64,000 nucleotides of DNA, from NCBI GenBank assembly GCA_037137655.1, contig JBAXJX010000001.1, forward strand, positions 417,624 to 481,623. Direction: 5' to 3'. Position numbers and translations under genes: made by a program. Under the pieces are notes generated by a model, which had not been told where the DNA came from, ran no database searches, and saw only the letters and a list, made by a program, of their open reading frames with translations. This document shows, one piece after another, positions 1 through 8,965 of the stretch (position 1 is its first letter; every line of letters starts with the position of its first letter). This stretch comes from Candidatus Falkowbacteria bacterium (GTDB lineage: Bacteria > Patescibacteriota > Patescibacteriia > Patescibacteriales > UBA12465).

Positions 1-347
1 AAACGGGCACCAAGGACAAAGTGCCAAGTGCGCGCAAAACTAAGCACGAGCTTTGAGAGCGTCGATAAGGCATAACCAAAAGTGACAAAAATTTTGCGCT
101 GTCCCAATTTATCTGACAACCAACCAGAAACAACTTTAAGTAAACTAGCAGTCGAATCAGCCACACCCTCAATTAAACCAACAACCTGCATCGGCGCGCC
201 TAAAACCGTCGTTAAAAAAATCGGAATAATTGGGTAGACCATTTCCGAAGCGATATCATTAAACAAGCTAACCAATCCCATAAAAAAAACATTGCGCGGG
301 ATGACGGATTTTTTTACAGTCTCTTGTTGTTTGCTTTTTTTAAACAT
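1..347 (-). CDS. MFS transporter, N-terminal part (runs off the window edge)
   Basis: Manual translation from ATG at 347: MFKKSKQQETVKKSVIPRNVFFMGLVSLFNDIASEMVYPIIPIFL...VSGWLSDKLGQRK, containing MFS motif A (GxLSDxxGRK). Not in the ORF track. Confidence 0.85.
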   Translation of the reverse strand, partial: MFKKSKQQETVKKSVIPRNVFFMGLVSLFNDIASEMVYPIIPIFLTTVLGAPMQVVGLIEGVADSTASLLKVVSGWLSDKLGQRKIFVTFGYALSTLSKLVLSFARTWHFVLGAR

Positions 348-452
348 AATTTTTTATTATTCAGTGACTTAATTTTATCATTTATTAGCCAAGATAACAA
401 ATAAAAAAGGATGAGCATTATTTTGCTCACCCTTATAAAAATAAATTTAATC

Positions 453-1304
453 TTAAAATAAACTCGTGCCACGTAAAACATCAACCATGGAGAAAGCTTC
501 GCCAAAAGCACCACCAACTTCCTCAACCTTAGCCAAGAAGCGAATAGCATCCATCACACCACTAATGTAGGCTTGTCCGCCATTAACATTGTGCTTGAAT
601 TCCAAAAAAACGCTGCCATCTTGTTTTTCGATCGAATAAGTATGCCATCCATGTCGTCCTCGATGATCCACTGGAACACCAAAAATATCATGTTCTTCCT
701 CAGTCCGCATCTTTTTTATTTCTTCTTTAACAAAAGGAAGGCCCAATTTATTAAAAAATTTAATAAGACTTATAGCTGTACCGCTAGGATCTTTTTTAGT
801 GCCCTGGTGACTTTCAACTATTTTTAGACTACAACCTTTGAAGGCGTCTGGAAAATTTGTGGCCGCATATTCAATCATCGCCATCATAGCCACTACTTCT
901 TTGGCCATGTTTGAAGCAATTACCGCATTCAGAGAATTACCTTTCATTAAACGCTTAATGTAATCATCTAAACCGTCAAACTCACCAAAAGTTGTTCCAA
1001 GAACAAAAGGCCAGTGATTTTCCAAATAAAAATCAAAGTTATCTTTCACGGCCACCGGAGCAGTAAAATCAACTACGATATCCGGCTGCTTCCCGTGTAA
1101 TACTTCAATCAATTTAGCGCGCTCGCTAAAATGAAAAAGCTTGATGGTCATACCATCGCAAACGATACTTTTAATAGTAATTTCTGGACCAGTCAAGCCA
1201 AATGGAATTAACTCTAAATCGTCCGAATTAATAATTTCCAAGGCAATTTGCCAAGCCATTTTTCCCGGCAAACCATTTACCAGAACTCTAGTTTTTCTCT
1301 TCAT
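453..1304 (-). CDS. dapB: 4-hydroxy-tetrahydrodipicolinate reductase (DapB, plant/deltaproteobacterial-like type)
   Basis: N-terminal VNGLPGKMA Rossmann motif, VDFT, FVLGTT and ESHQGTKKDPSGTA catalytic motif. Start placed at MKRKTR. Confidence 0.85.
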   Translation of the reverse strand: MKRKTRVLVNGLPGKMAWQIALEIINSDDLELIPFGLTGPEITIKSIVCDGMTIKLFHFSERAKLIEVLHGKQPDIVVDFTAPVAVKDNFDFYLENHWPFVLGTTFGEFDGLDDYIKRLMKGNSLNAVIASNMAKEVVAMMAMIEYAATNFPDAFKGCSLKIVESHQGTKKDPSGTAISLIKFFNKLGLPFVKEEIKKMRTEEEHDIFGVPVDHRGRHGWHTYSIEKQDGSVFLEFKHNVNGGQAYISGVMDAIRFLAKVEEVGGAFGEAFSMVDVLRGTSLF

Positions 1305-1314
1305 AAATAACAAA

Positions 1315-1396
1315 TTTAAATTGTGAATGTTCAATTAATGTAATACCAGAAATTAACAAATTTTGGAGTAATAGTCAAGAGGTGATGGGAAATAAA
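1315..1396 (-). promoter_or_regulatory. sigma70-type promoter plus boxA-like leader, copy 1 of an ~80 bp repeat
   Basis: Minus strand TTGACT-17nt-TAATTT, then TGAACATTCACAA. About 11 mismatches in 82 nt versus 6126-6207 (hand alignment). Confidence 0.75.
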
Positions 1397-1404
1397 TAGG
1401 AAAT

Positions 1405-1433
1405 AAAAAAGAGCTCCATTTTATTGGAGCTCT
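1405..1433 (-). terminator. Intrinsic terminator after the peptidase E gene
   Basis: AGAGCTCCA/TGGAGCTCT hairpin with a T-run on the minus strand. Confidence 0.75.
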
Positions 1434-1441
1434 AAAATTTA

Positions 1442-2209
1442 TTAATCTTTTTTTAATAAAGCGTCTAGTGCTTCAAAATTTTTACTGGGCATAATTTCAA
1501 TTTTATAATATTTGCTATTTTTCCAGAATATTTTGTAAGCCTTAGCTGCTTTTTGAGATTTAATTATTCTATATTTATCATCAATAATTTCAATAGCACA
1601 ACAATTATCTAGAGCAATTGCTATTCCTGAAGTTTTAGCCATCATAGCTTTTAAACTCGCCGGGCGATCAATTTCTTTATCGTAATGTGGACACAATAAA
1701 GCATCTACAAAATTTAGAGAATTAACTTTAATTAATTTGGCAGCCTGGTTTTTAAATTTTAAAGAATCACTATTACCACAACGAAACCAACAAATCGCTC
1801 CAGCACTAACACCAGACATAACTACGCCACGCTTATAAGCTTCGGCTAAAATTTTATCAACACCAAGACGACGCCAAATTTTCATCATTTTTAAAGTGTT
1901 GCCACCGCCGACATAAACGATATCGGTATTTAAAATTTTATCTTTAATTTCTTTTACGGTTAATTTATTGGCAATTAGATTTAAAACATCAACCTGGCAT
2001 TTCAATTTAGCCCCAAAATATTTTTTAACGGTAGCAAAATAGCCATCAGAATCACCGCTGGCCGTCGGAATAAATAATAGCTTTGGATTTGTCTTGCCAC
2101 TTGATTTAATTATTTCACGGTCAATGGCGCACGTCTCTATTTTTGTCCCCGGGCGACCAATTTCACCACCGCCAATAGCAATAATCTTTTTCATATTTTT
2201 ACTTTTCAT
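1442..2209 (-). CDS. Peptidase family S51 (peptidase E / alpha-aspartyl dipeptidase-like)
   Basis: AIGGG, LFIPTAS, YVGGGNT, GVSAGA nucleophile elbow and CPHYD motifs. Confidence 0.85.
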   Translation of the reverse strand: MKSKNMKKIIAIGGGEIGRPGTKIETCAIDREIIKSSGKTNPKLLFIPTASGDSDGYFATVKKYFGAKLKCQVDVLNLIANKLTVKEIKDKILNTDIVYVGGGNTLKMMKIWRRLGVDKILAEAYKRGVVMSGVSAGAICWFRCGNSDSLKFKNQAAKLIKVNSLNFVDALLCPHYDKEIDRPASLKAMMAKTSGIAIALDNCCAIEIIDDKYRIIKSQKAAKAYKIFWKNSKYYKIEIMPSKNFEALDALLKKD

Positions 2210-2291
2210 AACTTAATTATACAAATATAATAGCATGAAAAATAAAAAACCCCCAAATTATATCAATAATTCAGGGGTTGTAAAAAAAAAT

Positions 2292-3596
2292 TTAAGGGAA
2301 TAAACGATTTGGACCACGATACAAATATGTAACCTCTCTCACGTTTTTTAATCCCAGCAGCAACATCAGCATTCTAGTTAGACCAAAACCAAATCCTCCA
2401 TGCGGTGGAACACCATATCGGAAAAAATCCAAATAGAACCCAATAGACTCTAGCGGAATTTTTTTCTCCACAGCTTGAGCTGAAAGAATCTCAACTCTAT
2501 GCTCCCTTTGGGCGCCAGTGGTAACTTCTAAACCTTTAAATAAAAGGTCAAAGCTTTTGGTTGTACCATCAGCGTTTCTCATATGGTAAAAAGGTCGAAT
2601 ACTTTTTGGATAGCCAGTTACAAACATAAATTCATGATTTAAATTTGTCTTGACATATTCATACAATATTCTTTCACCATCAGGATCAAGCTCACCTTCG
2701 TATTCTAGTGGAATTACATGACCAGTAGCTTTAACAATTTCCAGAGCTTCTTTCATATCAATCCTTGGAAATGGCAAAGATGGAACAATAATTTCAACGC
2801 CAAATACTTCTTTAATAGTATCACCTAACTGAATTTTAATTTTTTCCATTGTATATGCAAGCCAAGACTCTTCAAGTGCCATCACATCTTCATGTGACTC
2901 TACCCAAGATATTTCAGCATCTATACTAGTAAATTCAGTATCATGTCTTGATGTAAATGAGGGATTAGCTCTAAAAACTGGACCAATCTCAAACACTTTA
3001 TCAAACCCAGCGGCCATAGCCATCTGCTTGTAGAATTGTGGACTTTGGGCTAAATATGCCGTTGTGTTAAAATACTTAACAGAAAATAATTCAGCACCAG
3101 ATTCACTAGCGGCTCCGATAATTTTTGGCGAGTGTATTTCTATAAATTTATTATTTATAAAATATTCTCTCATTGCCATTTCCATCAGAGTTTGCATTCT
3201 AAATATTAATAAGTTTTTAGGCTTTCTTAAATCTAGAAAACGCCAGTCCAATCTATCCTGTAAAACAGCTGTATCATCTATTGGCAACGGCTTAGCCGAT
3301 ATAGACAGAATATTTATAGAGCTTGGGATAATTTCATAACCATTTAGCTTTACATAAGTATTGCTATTTAATATCCCGCAGACTTCTATAACTGATTCTG
3401 GGGTTAGACTCTTAATTAAAGACAATAAATAATTATTCTCTTCAATCTTTTGAACAAAAATCTGAACTTTTGCGTCACAATCTCTCATGACCATAAAAAT
3501 TGCATTTTTTTGATCACGAATACTATCCACAAATCCACGCACAAGAACTTCACTTCCGACCACGGAACTAAGTTCATTAATTTCAGTTTTTTTCAT
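2292..3596 (-). CDS. aspS: Aspartate--tRNA ligase, archaeal/eukaryal-type (short form)
   Basis: OB-fold N-terminus, RFLDLR, YLAQSPQFYKQ, FRANPSFTSRHDTEFTSIDAE, GAQREH and PPHGGFGFGLTR motifs. Confidence 0.9.
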   Translation of the reverse strand: MKKTEINELSSVVGSEVLVRGFVDSIRDQKNAIFMVMRDCDAKVQIFVQKIEENNYLLSLIKSLTPESVIEVCGILNSNTYVKLNGYEIIPSSINILSISAKPLPIDDTAVLQDRLDWRFLDLRKPKNLLIFRMQTLMEMAMREYFINNKFIEIHSPKIIGAASESGAELFSVKYFNTTAYLAQSPQFYKQMAMAAGFDKVFEIGPVFRANPSFTSRHDTEFTSIDAEISWVESHEDVMALEESWLAYTMEKIKIQLGDTIKEVFGVEIIVPSLPFPRIDMKEALEIVKATGHVIPLEYEGELDPDGERILYEYVKTNLNHEFMFVTGYPKSIRPFYHMRNADGTTKSFDLLFKGLEVTTGAQREHRVEILSAQAVEKKIPLESIGFYLDFFRYGVPPHGGFGFGLTRMLMLLLGLKNVREVTYLYRGPNRLFP

Positions 3597-3619
3597 GATT
3601 AAAAAAATTAGGTTAAAAA

Positions 3620-4942
3620 CTAAGGCATAATATTTCGTCTTACAACTCTTGGATAAGGGATGCAATCACGAACATGAGGAATGTTTAATAGCCAGCGCAT
3701 AAGCCTTTCTAGGCCCATACCAAAAGCTATATGAGGAACAGAACCAAATTGATGAACATCTTTAACAAATCCGTAAATTGGATCATTTTCTTTATTTTTT
3801 TCAGACATTCTCTCTTTAAGCATTACAAAATCACTTATTTTTTCAGCAACGCCAAGTAACTCGCCATAACCATTATTAGCTATAAGATCAGCAACCATTG
3901 TTAATTCGGTGTCATTTTGATCGATGCAGTAAGGAAATGGTTCAATCTTTCTTGGTATCCCAACTATCCAAAAAGGACTGTCGTAATTTTTAGAAAGAAA
4001 TTCCTCTTCCTCACTACCAAGACCAACGCCAAAATCAATATCAAATCCACCATCTTTTAGTAGATTTATCGCGTCACGATAATCTAATCTTGGAAATGGC
4101 ACATTCAAACCAGATAAAGTTAACTCCTTGCCGATAATTGAAATTAAATCTTTTGATTTTTTTTCCAACTCTTTCGTAACATAAGAAATAACATCTTCTA
4201 CAATACGAATTATATCTTCACGATCACCCCAAGCTAGTTCGGCTTTAATGTGCCAATACTCAATTAAGTGACGTTTACTTCGGGACTCCTCACCTCTAAA
4301 GCTCGGGCCCATATTGTAAACTTTTTCGAAAGCATGCACTGACGCCTCCAAATAAAAACCAGCGCACTGTGACAAATAGACATCCTCTTTACGAATCTTA
4401 ACTCCAATGGCCGTAGAACCATCATACAATGGCGCTGGAACCAAAATCGGAGCATCTATCTCCGTATAACCATTTTGCTCGAACCATCCCTGTAAAATAT
4501 TTTTTAACAGATTGCGGAATCTTAGAATGGCCATAACTTTAGGATTACGAATATATAAATGACGATATCGCAACAAATTATCAGTTAAGCTTTCGTCAAA
4601 AATATCAATATCGCTATGTGGAGATGGTGAAATTTCAATATCAACATTACCGATCAAAGTAACGTCCGACACTATAACTTCCAAAGATCCATCTTTTGCG
4701 CTGGGAGTTAACACCCCAAAAATCGAAACGGCTGACTCAATTCTAAGCGCCGAAGACAAACTAAAACAATTTTGTGACACCAGGTCACGATTAATTACAA
4801 CTTGAACGACACCAGTGGAATCACAAACATCAAGAAAAATAGTTTTCTTATGCATTCTCTTTCCAGTGACCCATCCCAACACTTCCAACTTTTGACCAAT
4901 CAACTTTTGATCACTCAAAGAATTAATAAACAAACCTTTCAT
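3620..4942 (-). CDS. Divergent asparagine--tRNA ligase-like class IIb aaRS paralog
   Basis: OB-fold, RHLYIR, GPSFRGEESRSKRHLIEYWH and motif 3 FGMGLERL. Amino-acid pocket residues differ from canonical AsnRS. Confidence 0.75.
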   Translation of the reverse strand: MKGLFINSLSDQKLIGQKLEVLGWVTGKRMHKKTIFLDVCDSTGVVQVVINRDLVSQNCFSLSSALRIESAVSIFGVLTPSAKDGSLEVIVSDVTLIGNVDIEISPSPHSDIDIFDESLTDNLLRYRHLYIRNPKVMAILRFRNLLKNILQGWFEQNGYTEIDAPILVPAPLYDGSTAIGVKIRKEDVYLSQCAGFYLEASVHAFEKVYNMGPSFRGEESRSKRHLIEYWHIKAELAWGDREDIIRIVEDVISYVTKELEKKSKDLISIIGKELTLSGLNVPFPRLDYRDAINLLKDGGFDIDFGVGLGSEEEEFLSKNYDSPFWIVGIPRKIEPFPYCIDQNDTELTMVADLIANNGYGELLGVAEKISDFVMLKERMSEKNKENDPIYGFVKDVHQFGSVPHIAFGMGLERLMRWLLNIPHVRDCIPYPRVVRRNIMP

Positions 4943-5089
4943 ACCAAATAACCCTTTCTTTTTAATTTAAATTATTAAATAACTATCAAAAAACATTAAT
5001 ATTGAATTATCATTTATTTTTACAAATTTGTCAAGTTCTGGCGGAAAATCAATAAAAAAAGAAGGTTTCCCTTCTTTTATTGTTTTAAT

Positions 5090-6106
5090 TTAAAACTTGT
5101 AGACATTTTTAGCTGTTACACAAAAAACATTCTCTCTTATATAGTAATTATTATTACTCTTATTTTTTTCGATAGCCATCTTTATAGCACTTAATGACTG
5201 CCAATGAAAGTGTGTAGAGTTAAGAGATAAATGTTTAAAATCATTAAATTCACCATCGTTAAGCCAGTGGTATTTAAATTCAGACACCACTCTTTGGCCT
5301 AATTTGGGATGGCAATATTTTACACCGCGAATCATATTGATCGGTTCATCAGATCCAAACATAATTCTTTCTTCACCAAAGTATTTCAAGGCAAAATATA
5401 TCGGCAAATAAGAAGTGACCATAGAAGTATCCATAAATAAGTTTTCATAAACTGAAAGTTTTTTATAAATATCTTCAAGGTGTTTATCATCATAATCTGG
5501 TAATCCAAGATGAGCTAGAACCACAATCAACTCAGGAAAATCTTTTAGCAATAGCAACAAATCAGAAATTGATTTTGATATTGATATTGGCAAATGAAGA
5601 ATTATTGGAATTTTTAACGATTGAGCTTCCTCTAATATATCCCTGGTAAAAAATTGATAAATATTTAACGAAATCGGATTAGTGGAAGCATGGTACATCT
5701 TTACTGCGGAAAATTTTTTCTCATTAATCATTTTTATAACATAATCACTATTACTAGGAATTCCAAACACCGCCAACTTATTTCCACTATCAACATTGTC
5801 AAACAAATATTTATTAGCACCCACATAATCAATTCCGAGAAATGGATACGGAAAAAATAGTTTCTTCACATTCTTTTCTGGAAACAATAAATTATTTAAG
5901 ACGCTCGATTGAAGCAGACTAATATTTTCAAAAGTAAAAGCCATGTGATTACGACTTCTTTCGCTAATACTATTTGAAAATTCAGGTAAATTAACATGAC
6001 AATGACAATCTATAATATTATCCGGCAGCCAATCCATAAACTTCTGACGCAAATCAATCTCACGCTTGTTAAATTTAAGGGAATAATCCCAATAATTGTT
6101 ACTCAT
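5090..6106 (-). CDS. Amidohydrolase_2 family metal-dependent hydrolase
   Basis: IIDCHCH, PIILH, VVLAHLG, LFMDTS and IMFGSDEP motifs. Confidence 0.85.
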   Translation of the reverse strand: MSNNYWDYSLKFNKREIDLRQKFMDWLPDNIIDCHCHVNLPEFSNSISERSRNHMAFTFENISLLQSSVLNNLLFPEKNVKKLFFPYPFLGIDYVGANKYLFDNVDSGNKLAVFGIPSNSDYVIKMINEKKFSAVKMYHASTNPISLNIYQFFTRDILEEAQSLKIPIILHLPISISKSISDLLLLLKDFPELIVVLAHLGLPDYDDKHLEDIYKKLSVYENLFMDTSMVTSYLPIYFALKYFGEERIMFGSDEPINMIRGVKYCHPKLGQRVVSEFKYHWLNDGEFNDFKHLSLNSTHFHWQSLSAIKMAIEKNKSNNNYYIRENVFCVTAKNVYKF

Positions 6107-6125
6107 AATTATCTCCTTTCTTTTT

Positions 6126-6207
6126 TTTAAATTGTAAATGTTCATTAAACTTAATACCAAAAATTAACAAAATTTGGTGTAACAGTCAAGGGGTGACGGG
6201 AAATAAA
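6126..6207 (-). promoter_or_regulatory. sigma70-type promoter plus boxA-like leader, copy 2 of the ~80 bp repeat
   Basis: Direct repeat of 1315-1396; TTGACT...TAATTT and TGAACATTTACAA on the minus strand. Confidence 0.75.
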
Positions 6208-6245
6208 AAAGGAGATAAATTAATATCTCCTTTGCACCAACCTGA

Positions 6246-6806
6246 CTATCTTAGTTGTGGTTCCCTGGCTACTAAACCACCGGGCAGCTTTTCTTTTATC
6301 TTGTTTAAGATCTTTTTTACCCAACTAATCTTTGGCGGTTTTGGCGTACACGATCCAAAAAAAATACTGAAAAATCCAAAAATATAAGCTACTATCTGAA
6401 AACCAAATTCCAAAAACTTATATTTATTAACGGCCTCAGATAAAAATAATGAATTGAAGGCACCATAAATAATAAATGGCGTAAGAACAATCGCAAGTAT
6501 TCTCGCAAATGACAAAAAATAAAATCCAAAACCAAGTAAGCCAGTATTATTTGTCCATGATCTTTCTGCGGTTCTTAAAAAAAACCAAAGGTAAAGAAGT
6601 CCTAAAAAAACAAATATAACTCCACTTAGATATACTAACGACATCACCTCATTAATCAAGTGTGCTTTAACGGAGCACATGCGCAAAGTTAATGACACAA
6701 CAATCATTAGTCTGGCCAAGGAAAAACAGTTTATACCAAATAAAAATTGAATCTTATCGGCTATTAATTGAAACTGCCTTAACAAATAATCATCTACCTC
6801 TCTCAT
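6246..6806 (-). CDS. Hypothetical multi-pass membrane protein
   Basis: 186-aa ORF with about 4 hydrophobic segments; terminator hairpin at about 6205-6233. Confidence 0.7.
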   Translation of the reverse strand: MREVDDYLLRQFQLIADKIQFLFGINCFSLARLMIVVSLTLRMCSVKAHLINEVMSLVYLSGVIFVFLGLLYLWFFLRTAERSWTNNTGLLGFGFYFLSFARILAIVLTPFIIYGAFNSLFLSEAVNKYKFLEFGFQIVAYIFGFFSIFFGSCTPKPPKISWVKKILNKIKEKLPGGLVAREPQLR

Positions 6807-6839
6807 CTTTTAAATTTTTAAAGTTTCAACTAAATTAAT

Positions 6840-7568
6840 TTAAATTTTGTACAACTTTTTAAAGTTTTCAATTTCTATAACGCCTTGTTCGCCAAAATTT
6901 CTACTCTTCTTTACTTCATCAATATTTTTCTCCAATAAACTTCTTAACGTATCAACGTCGGCTCTTATCAAGCAATTTAAAGTTCGAACAGAAAAACCAA
7001 GATCGGACACATTTATATCCATAACATCGTCAATTGTTTTATTGGCAATTAAATTTCCAGCCCTTAATTCATTTAACAATGTAAATTTTAATCTATCGGC
7101 AAAATTTGCGATAGCGGTGTCCCAAGACTTTAATGCGTTATCTAATCCAAACTCCTTGGCAACGTCCTTAACTTTGGCCACACCACCATTATACTCGGTC
7201 TTATAGGCAAATGTTAATAAGGCCACGCGATCCGCCGGCAATCCGGAAAATGCATCTAATATAAATTTGTTAATTTGATCTTCATGAACATTTTCTATCA
7301 ACATGCTCAAACCTGACAGACGACGCTTCACTCTATCAATTAACAATTTCGGTAAATTATGTTTAATGCCATCAAAAGCACTTATCTTAGCCTCGTCAAA
7401 TTTACCAGCGTTAACAGTTAATTTTCCAGAGTTAGAAAAATCACGCAAATCAGGCAAGCTAATTTGATTAGTTAGTTCATATCCGCTAGATTTTAATAAA
7501 TCAGCAACAGCTTTGTTAATATCTTTAAGATCTAAAGAAAAAACGAATTTTCTAGACACGACTTTCAT
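6840..7568 (-). CDS. Protein with a degenerate sigma-region-4-like HTH and a C-terminal RNA polymerase alpha-CTD domain
   Basis: C-terminus INVSDLGFSVRTLNCLIRADVDTLRSLL...KSRNFGEQGVIEI matches the alphaCTD pattern (LELSVRSxNCLK...NLGxKSxxEI). Central LPADRVALLTFAY...VKDVAKEFGL resembles sigma4. Confidence 0.7.
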   Translation of the reverse strand: MKVVSRKFVFSLDLKDINKAVADLLKSSGYELTNQISLPDLRDFSNSGKLTVNAGKFDEAKISAFDGIKHNLPKLLIDRVKRRLSGLSMLIENVHEDQINKFILDAFSGLPADRVALLTFAYKTEYNGGVAKVKDVAKEFGLDNALKSWDTAIANFADRLKFTLLNELRAGNLIANKTIDDVMDINVSDLGFSVRTLNCLIRADVDTLRSLLEKNIDEVKKSRNFGEQGVIEIENFKKLYKI

Positions 7569-7697
7569 ATCAAGTAGGTTTTTAGGTTTATATTGTTAAG
7601 GGACAAAATTAATATAAAAAATTACCACATCTATTAATTCATGTCAATATCGCACAAAAAAAGAGGCCAAATCGGCCTCTCTTTAAATACTTATTTT

Positions 7698-7940
7698 TTA
7701 TTCTCTTTCCACGATAATTGTACACTTATTAATCAAAGCGGCGATCGTACCAATGGCTGCGAGCGCTGGCGCCACGATAGCTCCGATAGCGCCGATGGTC
7801 AATGGAATTTCCACCACAGTCTTCCCTTTTTCATTTTGAATAACAATGCGACGAACATTGCCCTCATGAATTAATTCTTTTACTTTTTTTAAAAGTTCAT
7901 CGCCCTTGATTTTAAATTCCTCTTTTTTGTTTTTCGCCAT
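7698..7940 (-). CDS. DUF4342-like small protein
   Basis: KVKELIHEGNVRRIVI...EIPLTIGAIGAIVAPALAAIG pattern. Confidence 0.8.
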   Translation of the reverse strand: MAKNKKEEFKIKGDELLKKVKELIHEGNVRRIVIQNEKGKTVVEIPLTIGAIGAIVAPALAAIGTIAALINKCTIIVERE

Positions 7941-7954
7941 AAAATTAAAAATTA

Positions 7955-8191
7955 TTATTTATGAAATAAATCTTTCGACTTCAATTTTAAGATTCCAAAA
8001 AGATAAATGATTTCCAAAATACCGAGAGTGTGGATAAATAAGAAAGCAACAAACCAAAGGTGTTGGCCGCGACGGGCGCTGTGCCACAAAGCGAGTGCTG
8101 CCCAAAAAAGACTCCACAACATTAACAAAGAAGTGATTGGCCAAAATGGATTAGACCAAGCTGGCATCATTGAATTAAAATTTGTCATCAT
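7955..8191 (-). CDS. DUF5652-like small membrane protein
   Basis: WSLFWAALALWHSARRGQHLWF...TLGILEIIY pattern. Confidence 0.75.
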   Translation of the reverse strand: MMTNFNSMMPAWSNPFWPITSLLMLWSLFWAALALWHSARRGQHLWFVAFLFIHTLGILEIIYLFGILKLKSKDLFHK

Positions 8192-8276
8192 AGTTTTTAT
8201 AATTTTATTATAATTATCTTAATCTTAGCAAAAAATTAGCAAAATGTAAATAAAAAAGCACCGGAGTTTGGTGCTT

Positions 8277-8465
8277 TTAATAAGTTTTACCGGCTGCATT
8301 TTTGTCAGCTGGTTTTTTGTAGTAGCTTTGGCCTTGATAATGACCTTGTTTGCAATAACCCTTGTCATTAAAACTGTGACCACAAATACAGCAATGCTTG
8401 TTGGGTGATTTATTAGAAAGCTTCTGCCAACCAGCAATTGGAGTTAAACTAATATTAGCATTCAT
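8277..8465 (-). CDS. Small putative zinc-binding protein
   Basis: CxxCGH...CxxGH pattern; terminator hairpin at 8252-8280; start placed at MNANISL. Confidence 0.55.
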   Translation of the reverse strand: MNANISLTPIAGWQKLSNKSPNKHCCICGHSFNDKGYCKQGHYQGQSYYKKPADKNAAGKTY

Positions 8466-8576
8466 AATACCAAAGTCCCTCCACGACTGTTTTAAATTGT
8501 TAAACAAAGAACTATTTTAGTACGAGAATCTTTATAACTAATTTAATTTTAGCAAAAAAGTGGTGAAATGTAAAAT

Positions 8577-8608
8577 AAAAAAGGAAGGCTATTGCTAGAC
8601 TTCCCTTT
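8577..8608 (-). terminator. Intrinsic terminator shared with 19453-19482
   Basis: Minus strand AAAGGGAAGTCTAGCAATAGCCTTCCTTTTTT, GCAA tetraloop. Confidence 0.75.
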
Positions 8609-8622
8609 GAAAAAAATAATTG

Positions 8623-8841
8623 TTACAAACCAAGCTCTGAAATAAAAATATTATTTGGCGTCAGAATGATAGATTCCAAAGAAATATTATTAGCTTCAAG
8701 ATAAGCAACAAAATCTTTAAGAGTTGCTTTGTCCGAGCCGTAGTAATCATTATTAATTCCTATTAAAATTTTATTTTTTCTTCTTCCGGATTTTTTTGCT
8801 TTATAGTGGTAGAATTTATCTTCCTTTTTTGCTCTTGGCAT
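8623..8841 (-). CDS. Small basic hypothetical protein
   Basis: 72-aa ORF with its own promoter, boxA-like leader and terminator. Confidence 0.6.
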   Translation of the reverse strand: MPRAKKEDKFYHYKAKKSGRRKNKILIGINNDYYGSDKATLKDFVAYLEANNISLESIILTPNNIFISELGL

Positions 8842-8965
8842 AATCTATGTTTTTAAGGTTCAACAATACGAATTTAATTACCAAAATTATAACATAAGTG
8901 TAGTTTTTTGTCAATAAACAGTGATTCTGGTAATAAAAAAGCACCGAATAATCGATGCTTTAAAT

